DNA of 64,000 nt, taken from positions 1,632,001 to 1,696,000 of the forward strand of contig CBDCWG010000012.1 in NCBI GenBank assembly GCA_965223345.1, in the 5' to 3' direction. Numbering within the stretch: position 1 is the first letter of the stretch; each line of letters begins with the position of its first letter. Made by a program: the position numbers and the translations under genes. This document shows, one piece after another, positions 57,521 through 64,000 of this stretch. Under the pieces are notes generated by a model, which was not told the DNA's origin, did no database searches, and worked only from the letters and a program-made list of their open reading frames with translations. Source of the DNA: Nitrospinales bacterium (lineage in GTDB: Bacteria; Nitrospinota; Nitrospinia; Nitrospinales; VA-1).

Positions 57521-57961
57521 TCAGTTGCAGGCTACGGTCACAGGGATCGCGCCGGTGTTGGTGATCTTAACGGTTCCGCTGATGTCACCGATGGAATCGC
57601 CGCGGCTGAACGCAGGCTGTTTTTTCAGGCTCACACCAGAGGGGCCCATGGTGCCCATCGGGGACAGACCGGTGCGGCCTTTGTCTTTACCGGTGAGGCT
57701 GCGGTGGTCGTCGTTGGGTCCCAGGGTGATGGGAACGGTGGTGTAGTTGGAGGATTTCCACACGACGAGGTTCGCGCTGCCGCGGTCGTTGCTGGTGTAA
57801 CCGAATTTCTCATTGTTTTCCGGTGCGGTTTTGACGACCTGGATGTCGATGGAGTTGGCATCTTTACAGGTGGTCACCTGGTTGGGGTTCAGCTGACCCG
57901 CGAACGCGGATGCGCTGAGGCTCACAACAAAAATCGCCGTGAAAAAAATTGTTCGTTTCAT
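57521..57961 (-). CDS. Secreted hypothetical protein (beta-rich, two Cys near the termini)
   Basis: AAGGAG RBS and a signal peptide ending AFA. Confidence 0.8.
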   Translation of the reverse strand: MKRTIFFTAIFVVSLSASAFAGQLNPNQVTTCKDANSIDIQVVKTAPENNEKFGYTSNDRGSANLVVWKSSNYTTVPITLGPNDDHRSLTGKDKGRTGLSPMGTMGPSGVSLKKQPAFSRGDSIGDISGTVKITNTGAIPVTVACN

Positions 57962-58037
57962 TCCCTGCTCCTTTCAGTCATGGTTGAAATCGGTCTGCCC
58001 TGAATCCTCCAAGTCGGTTCATCGGTCGCGTTCGGAG

Positions 58038-58460
58038 TCAGATGGGTTTGAGCCCGCCCACATTCAATTGCAGACACATGTCCTTCGAATCAGTGATCTG
58101 TGATATCGATCCGTAACAGATCCAGTACGTCCCCTGAAGGGTGAACTCCATTCCAAAATTCTCGCCGGGCAGTAATTCCTGGATGTGCACCAGTCTTTTC
58201 CCGGAGGATTCCTTCAGGACTCTCAGATTGACCAGAGGGTGTTCGAATTCGTTGTGCACCTCGATCATGGAACCCGGCGACAGATGGATGGGAAACTCAA
58301 TTCCCACCGGCGGGTGGAGAGCGATCTTTCGTGGCAACGCTTCTGCGGTTTCGAGAATCCAACCGGCAAGAAAAACCAAGGACAACCCGGCTGTGATCCA
58401 CACCGTTTTGCTTTTTCGGATTGCGTGAACTTGGGAATTTAATAAATCAAACATTCGCAA
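58038..58460 (-). CDS. Exported cupredoxin-like protein
   Basis: PGSMIEVHN...LLPGENFGMEFTLQGTYWICY pattern. The canonical Cys/His/Met ligand set is not evident. Confidence 0.55.
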   Translation of the reverse strand: MRMFDLLNSQVHAIRKSKTVWITAGLSLVFLAGWILETAEALPRKIALHPPVGIEFPIHLSPGSMIEVHNEFEHPLVNLRVLKESSGKRLVHIQELLPGENFGMEFTLQGTYWICYGSISQITDSKDMCLQLNVGGLKPI

Positions 58461-58747
58461 CGAGGGTTTTTCTTTCTATAGAGAAGGGGCGCCGGGCGTT
58501 TTTCAGGGTTCAACCGACCGCATTTCTTCAAGTGCACAAAGAACCCACAACGCCTTTTAAATTTTTGGCATTCTAGGCGAACCCGGCTGTTGGCGGTATC
58601 AGCGCTCTTCTGTATTTTATGTAGGGGGATGCCTGCTTGCGTGTGGGAAAATTCTGATTCGGTATGGTGAGAATCGGACGCGGGGAGTGGTTTTTCTTCC
58701 CATTCCCGATTATCGGAAGGGGGAGCGGGTGTGCCGGACGCGGCGGA

Positions 58748-59383
58748 TCAAAGCAGCTTGTGGTTGATGGCGTAGTGAATCAGTTCGGAATTGCGTTTGA
58801 GCTGCATTTTTTCCAGGATGCGCGACCGGTGTGTGCTGATGGTTTTCACGCTCAGGGAAAGTTTGTTGCCGATCTCGGTGAGCGACTGGCCGTCGGCGAT
58901 CATGCAGAAGACCTGGTATTCGCGGTCGGAAAGCGACTCGTGCGGCAGTTTGTTGGAGTCGGAATAGTGAAAGGCCAGCTTTTCGGTGATCTCGGGGCTG
59001 GCGAACTTGCCGCCGCCCGCCACCTTGCGCACCGCCGCGAGCAGCTGGTCTGGCGCGCTTTCCTTTGTCAGGTATCCGGAGGCCCCCGCTTTCAGGTAGC
59101 GCACGGCGTACTGTTCCTCAGGATAGACGCTCAGCACAAGGATGGGGAGTTTCGAGTGGCTGGTGTGCAGCTCCTTCATGACTTCGAGCCCGTTTTTTCC
59201 CGGCATGGCAATATCGAGGAGCACCAGATCGAAATCGTTCTTCTGAACTTTTGTCAGAAGATCGTCCCCGTTTTCCACTTCATCGAGCACCTCGATGTCG
59301 TCGGTTTCGGAAAACGTGTGCTTCAAACCCTGTCGAAACAGGGGATGATCGTCGGCAATCAACACTTTGATTTTATCTTTCAT
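58748..59383 (-). CDS. NarL/UvrY-family response regulator
   Basis: IADDH, LLDIAMP and LSDREYQV...LSLSVKTISTHR motifs. Confidence 0.95.
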   Translation of the reverse strand: MKDKIKVLIADDHPLFRQGLKHTFSETDDIEVLDEVENGDDLLTKVQKNDFDLVLLDIAMPGKNGLEVMKELHTSHSKLPILVLSVYPEEQYAVRYLKAGASGYLTKESAPDQLLAAVRKVAGGGKFASPEITEKLAFHYSDSNKLPHESLSDREYQVFCMIADGQSLTEIGNKLSLSVKTISTHRSRILEKMQLKRNSELIHYAINHKLL

Positions 59384-61401
59384 GGCAGTTTATCCTGTTT
59401 TGAACTGTGAATACGGATGGTCACGGTGGTTCCTGCATCGGGAGTGCCCTCGATATCGACTTCGCCGCCCCAGACCAGGGTGCGTTCGCGGATTCCCAAC
59501 AGACCCAGCGATCGTAAGTTTGATATCTGGTCGCTGGTGATCCCGATGCCGTTGTCCTTCACTTTGAGGGTCACCTGTCCATTGCGATCGAACAGCTCCA
59601 CCCAGATGCGGTTGGCATTGGCATGGCGCGTGACGTTGGTCAGGGTTTCCTGGAAGATGCGGAACAGGGTCGTGGCGCGTTCTTTGTCCAGGGATTGGCA
59701 GTGCCGGTCCAGCGACATCTGGCACTGTATCCCGGTGCGTTTTTCAAATTCCCGCGTTTGCCATTCGATGGCTTCCGTGAGACCCAACTCGTCGAGAATG
59801 GGAGGGCGCAGATCCATGGCGAGTTTTTTCCCCATCTGGATCGAGTTGTCGATCAGTTGCGAGATCAGTTGCGTGAAGGAGCGCAGATCCGACGCCTTGT
59901 GGACGAGTTTTTTATCCAGCAGCGCCACTTCCAGTTTCAGGGTCGTGAGAATCTGCGCCAGTTCGTCGTGAATCTCGCGCGCCATGCGCGTGCGCTCTTC
60001 TTCGCGCACCAGCTCCAGCCGGTGGTACAGCTTGCGCAGCTGCTCGCGCGAGTGCTCGATTTCCTTTTCGGCCTGCTTGCGTTCCGCGGCTACACTCAAA
60101 AGATGGGCGAGCCCGTCGATCATGTCGCGCTCTTCCTTGAGGAAAGGATCGCCCGTGTCCCGGCCGACCGGCTGGTTGTAAAACACATCCAGGCTGCCGT
60201 GCACGCCGCCGTGGATGGCGATGTTGCGGGACAGCTTCCAGGGGGGTTCCTCGAACGGCTCCGAGGGGTAGGTGTCTCCTTCGAAGTGCACTTTGACCCG
60301 GGTCAATTCCGGATACTGCATTCCCGGGATGATGTGGGAACCCACCTTCTTCAGGATCTCCCCCATCGTCTGCGAGGTGCTGATCAGATTGGCGACGCCG
60401 TACATGGAGGTCAACTCTTTGACCCGTTCCTTGAGCGATTTGAGCAGTTTCCGTTGTTCCGCTTCCGCCCGTTTGCGTTCGATCACCCTGCCAAGCTGCG
60501 TGCCCACTTGCCCCATGATCTCCAGCATCTCTTTGTCGGGTTCGACGGCCTGGGAGGAGAAAAATTCCATGACGCCGACGATTTCCCTGTCGATCAGAAT
60601 GGGAAACGCGAACCCTGCTTTCACACCGATGTTTTGCGCCTGCTTGGCGCGGGGAAAGTTGGGGTCGCGGGTCACATCGATGATCCAGGTGGCTTCGCCG
60701 TTTTCCATGACGCGTCCGGGAAGGCCGACGCCTTTGTTCAACGAGGTCGCTTCGGTGATTTCACGGAAGGTCTTGAACTGATCGGGTTGTTCCAGATACC
60801 AGATGGTCGTGGGTTCCAGCTGGCCGGGATCCTGCTCGTTCGGCAGGTAGATGTGTCCGACGGGCCATCCCGTGTGCTCGCACACTCTTTTCAGGCCGTA
60901 TTCCAGCGTGGCTTCGACCGTGTGGGTTTCGTTGGAAGCCACGGCGATGTCCTTGTGCAACTGGACGAATTCTTTTTCCCGCCGCAGCAGATTGAGTGTG
61001 GCGTCCAGTTCGAGGGTCCGTTCCCGGACGCGTTTCTCAAGGTGCTTGTTGGATTCGCGTATTTTTTCACCGGCGCGGATCTGCCACAGGCACAGAAAGG
61101 CGGTGATCCAGATCGTGAGGATACTGAGGCCCCGATTGGCCGCCGCCTGCAAAAATTCGCCGCCGGGGGGGGAAAGGTAAAAGCCCGCAATCGTGAGCAG
61201 CGTTCCGCTCAACGCCGCCATAAACAGAAACCGGCGGCTTCGCGCCCGGAGCCCCAAAAGCACCAGCGCCACGTAAAGCATGCCATCGGCCACCCCCAGC
61301 GGCAGCTGCAGGTCGAGGATGAAAATGGCAGCGGCGATGGCGACGGCCCAGATCACCGGTGTGCCCGTGGCTTTTCTGTGTGCAATGGGTGTTTCGCTCA
61401 T
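59380..61401 (-). CDS. Membrane GAF-domain sensor histidine kinase (HisKA_3)
   Basis: Four N-terminal TMs, GAF (GVGLPGRV), EEERTRMAREIHDE and DNGIG. The stop overlaps the RR start (ATGA). Confidence 0.93.
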   Translation of the reverse strand: MSETPIAHRKATGTPVIWAVAIAAAIFILDLQLPLGVADGMLYVALVLLGLRARSRRFLFMAALSGTLLTIAGFYLSPPGGEFLQAAANRGLSILTIWITAFLCLWQIRAGEKIRESNKHLEKRVRERTLELDATLNLLRREKEFVQLHKDIAVASNETHTVEATLEYGLKRVCEHTGWPVGHIYLPNEQDPGQLEPTTIWYLEQPDQFKTFREITEATSLNKGVGLPGRVMENGEATWIIDVTRDPNFPRAKQAQNIGVKAGFAFPILIDREIVGVMEFFSSQAVEPDKEMLEIMGQVGTQLGRVIERKRAEAEQRKLLKSLKERVKELTSMYGVANLISTSQTMGEILKKVGSHIIPGMQYPELTRVKVHFEGDTYPSEPFEEPPWKLSRNIAIHGGVHGSLDVFYNQPVGRDTGDPFLKEERDMIDGLAHLLSVAAERKQAEKEIEHSREQLRKLYHRLELVREEERTRMAREIHDELAQILTTLKLEVALLDKKLVHKASDLRSFTQLISQLIDNSIQMGKKLAMDLRPPILDELGLTEAIEWQTREFEKRTGIQCQMSLDRHCQSLDKERATTLFRIFQETLTNVTRHANANRIWVELFDRNGQVTLKVKDNGIGITSDQISNLRSLGLLGIRERTLVWGGEVDIEGTPDAGTTVTIRIHSSKQDKLP

Positions 61402-61761
61402 GGATGCTTCGGTGTGCCCGTGCCGGGCGGTTGTGAATAACGCTTTTATATACAAACGGTTTTGTTCTTAAAGCTGTATTTAAACCGTTTCAGAGCCAAA
61501 TGGCGGCGCCGGGGGTTCCTGTGGGAACCGGGCTGCTTTGGCAGGTTCCTTGGGAAAAAGCAGGGTGAGAGCGGGAGCGGGGAAATGCCAAAGTTGTCCT
61601 TTTCTGAAATTTTCGAATCATTATAATTGAAAATAGAGGGGAAATCTAAAATTGAATCGGAGCGCTCCGAAAAGCCTCAGGAACCGGCGGTTATTCGTGG
61701 GTCGGGTCCCGGTGTTTGAGGGGAGGAGCCGCGGTTCCGTCTGCGTTCAGGAGGCGACACG

Positions 61762-62286
61762 ATGAAAGGCAAAATTCTGATTGCAGGGCTGATCGTGCTT
61801 TTTCTTTCGGCCCCGGCTCACGCCAAGAACGAATTGATGCTGTCCAAGGAAAACATTTTTGATGCCGGTCCCGCCATCGATCCCCCCGGTGCGCGCGGCA
61901 ATTGCGACGCGCTGTTTTACATCGACGCCGGAGACAATCTGGAAAACCTGCGGCGTGAGTTTCCCTATCATTACTGCGAAGGCATGTACACGTTCACGCT
62001 CGACGGTCCTCCCGGCACCACGGTGACCCTGTTCGGCGATTACGGTTACGACCCGAAACGGGGATACCTGATCGTGCGCAAGACCGACGACCAGAAAGTC
62101 TGGGTGCTGCACCTGGAAGAATTTCCCAATGCGCAATGGGCCGCCACCCAGCCGAGCCGCCAGTCTGGCGGCTACGAAACGTTTTACGTTCCCGCTCCCA
62201 ACTTCAGGCACAACGTTTCATCGGTGCAGTGGGGGCAGTGGTGGAGCGGCGAGGCTCCCAATCCTGGAACCGCACCCGCAAACTGA
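61762..62286 (+). CDS. Secreted protein, paralog family copy 2
   Basis: AGGAGG RBS, signal peptide ending AHA, and shared family motifs. Confidence 0.88.
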   Translation: MKGKILIAGLIVLFLSAPAHAKNELMLSKENIFDAGPAIDPPGARGNCDALFYIDAGDNLENLRREFPYHYCEGMYTFTLDGPPGTTVTLFGDYGYDPKRGYLIVRKTDDQKVWVLHLEEFPNAQWAATQPSRQSGGYETFYVPAPNFRHNVSSVQWGQWWSGEAPNPGTAPAN

Positions 62287-62361
62287 ATGCGCGTTCGTTG
62301 ACGGGCTCGCGCCTTGCACGCAACAGGGTGCGGGTCCGCCGTTCCTTTTCAGGAGAAGATC

Positions 62362-62883
62362 ATGAAGATCATCGGTTTGAGTGTTGTTCTGGGAATCGTT
62401 TTGTTTTTTTCCGCACCGGCACACGCCAAAAACGAGTTGATGCTTTCGAAAGAGCAGCTGTTCGACGGCGGTCCCGCCCTCGACAATCATCGCTTTCGCG
62501 ACGACTGTTCGGAACTGTTCTACGTGGATAAAGGCGAGAACATCGAGGACATGCGCCGGGATTTCCCCTATTACTGGTGCCAGGGGATGTACACCCTCAC
62601 TCTGGACGGTCCGCCGGGCACCACGGTCACCCTGTTCGGCAGTTATTATTACGGCCAGGAAAGAGGGTATCTGGTGTTGAAAAAGACCGACAACGAAAAA
62701 GTCTGGATCCTGCACCTCGAGGAATTCCCGAGCGGGCGGTGGAGTTCCGTGCAGCCGAGCCGTCAGTCCGGCGGCTACGAGGCTTTTTTCATTCCGGCGC
62801 CCAATTTCAGGCGCAACGTGTCTTCGGTGCAATGGGGCCAGTGGTGGGTCGGTGATTTCCCGACCAACGGCCCTGCCAACTGA
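62362..62883 (+). CDS. Secreted protein, paralog family copy 3 (tandem duplicate)
   Basis: AGGAG RBS and long identical stretches shared with copy 2. Confidence 0.88.
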   Translation: MKIIGLSVVLGIVLFFSAPAHAKNELMLSKEQLFDGGPALDNHRFRDDCSELFYVDKGENIEDMRRDFPYYWCQGMYTLTLDGPPGTTVTLFGSYYYGQERGYLVLKKTDNEKVWILHLEEFPSGRWSSVQPSRQSGGYEAFFIPAPNFRRNVSSVQWGQWWVGDFPTNGPAN

Positions 62884-62893
62884 GCGGGCCGCC

Positions 62894-63748
62894 GTGGAGA
62901 TCAATGCCATCGCCTGCCGCAGCATCCTCACCCGCACCACGGGCTACCTCAAGGAGGTCTGTTCGCACTCGCTGAATCCCTATGCCGGCTGCGGGTTCGG
63001 CCGCTCCGCCTGCGGCGAGGCCTGCTACGTGCGTTTCAACACCTGGATCACGAAAGGCCGCCGTTGGGGCGGGTTCGTCGATGTGAAAACCAACGCGGCC
63101 GCCGTGTACGCTCAGACGGTCGGGAAAGAAAAAAAATGGGCGCACGCGCGAGGCGTTGCGTTCGGCGTGTTTTTATCGAGTTCCACCGATCCCTGGCAGC
63201 CGGTGGAGCGCCGCTTTCGCATCACACGGCAACTGCTCGGCGCATTTTTGGAAAATCCGCCCGACACCCTCATCCTGCAAACCCATTCCACGAGCATTCT
63301 CGATGATGTGGCAACGATCGAGGCGCTTTCCAGGCGCTGCGATCTGAGGGTGCAGGTTTCGCTGGAGGGGGACCGGGACCGCCTGCCGGGGCTCGCCGCG
63401 CCGCCGAGTTCGCTGGAGGCGAGGATGCATCTGTTGGAGGAACTCTCGCGCCGCGGTCTGGCAACGGTGGCCTGTCTCGCGCCGCTCTATCCTCTGCGGG
63501 AACCGGAAGCGTTTTTTGCGCGCCTCTCGCGTACGGGTATCCGCGCCGTGGTGATCGACCATTTCATCGAAGGCGACGGCTCGGTGAACGGAGCGCGGAC
63601 CCTAAGAACGCCGCTGCCTGAAGCGATGGCGAACGTGAATCCCCTTTCTGTTACGCTTTCCTACCGCGACCGGGTGGCCGGAATCGCGATGCGCTATCTG
63701 CCGGTGGGCATCTCCGCGGCCGGATTCGCCGGGCGCTATTCCCACTGA
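62894..63748 (+). CDS. Spore-photoproduct-lyase-like radical SAM protein with a variant Cys motif
   Basis: SLNPYAGCGFGRSACGEACY, VDVKTNA and SSSTDPWQPVE motifs. Confidence 0.8.
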   Translation: MEINAIACRSILTRTTGYLKEVCSHSLNPYAGCGFGRSACGEACYVRFNTWITKGRRWGGFVDVKTNAAAVYAQTVGKEKKWAHARGVAFGVFLSSSTDPWQPVERRFRITRQLLGAFLENPPDTLILQTHSTSILDDVATIEALSRRCDLRVQVSLEGDRDRLPGLAAPPSSLEARMHLLEELSRRGLATVACLAPLYPLREPEAFFARLSRTGIRAVVIDHFIEGDGSVNGARTLRTPLPEAMANVNPLSVTLSYRDRVAGIAMRYLPVGISAAGFAGRYSH

Positions 63749-63837
63749 CCGCTCGCAACGATCCTCTCTGTAACCTCCTTATCCCTAAAAATCTTCCATT
63801 GTCACTCGCGGTTTTTACGTTCGATCTGTTTTCGAGC

Positions 63838-63872
63838 AAAAAAAAATCCCCCGCCCTGAGGCGGGGGATTTT
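63838..63872. terminator. Rho-independent (bidirectional) terminator
   Basis: AAAATCCCCCGCC-CTGA-GGCGGGGGATTTT with a long A-tract. Confidence 0.85.
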
Positions 63873-63898
63873 GATGCCGGCTGGGGGATAACCGGCAA

Positions 63899-64000
63899 TC
63901 AGTTCACATTTTTGTTTTTGTAGTTTCTCAGAGGCGATTGCCGGGCCTTGAAGTTTTCATCAGAACGTTTGAGCAGGTTTTTCTGCGAAATTGTTTTTTT
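63899..64000 (-). CDS. 3' end of a gene entering from beyond the window
   Basis: Open frame ...RSDENFKARQSPLRNYKNKNVN* ending just before the terminator. Confidence 0.45.
   Translation of the reverse strand, partial: KKTISQKNLLKRSDENFKARQSPLRNYKNKNVN

Overview
A GC-rich bacterial chromosomal window. The gene complement (many TPR, pentapeptide and FG-GAP secreted proteins, HmuY, DUF420, sigma54 promoters, a nitrite/formate-transporter remnant) suggests a Nitrospina-like organism, but this is inference only. Housekeeping genes (ppa, ftsY, plsY, bamD, gltX, exbBD, lemA, tRNA-Cys, tRNA-Gly) alternate with lineage-specific hypothetical genes. There are three visibly AT-rich insertions: an HExxH protein, an old-yellow-enzyme gene plus a membrane protein, and an Mrr-like nuclease. 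No CRISPR array, rRNA, integrase or transposase was seen. Main candidates for novelty: (1) a three-gene operon in which two paralogous B12-binding radical SAM enzymes, each fused to a degenerate half-GT9 domain, flank a membrane-anchored stand-alone copy of that domain; (2) four small membrane proteins of 34-60 aa, three below the ORF-track cutoff, next to DUF420 and HmuY; (3) a three-member secreted family with beta/gamma-crystallin-like motifs, two copies divergent from a two-component system; (4) two paralogous XRE regulators with similar structured leaders, one with a 3' hairpin exposing an anti-SD loop; (5) two deletion-scar genes (an FNT remnant and an in-frame head-to-tail MBL hydrolase minigene); (6) a secreted protein with a eukaryote-type GCC2/GCC3 Cys-rich repeat. 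All family assignments come from motif recognition by eye, not database searches.
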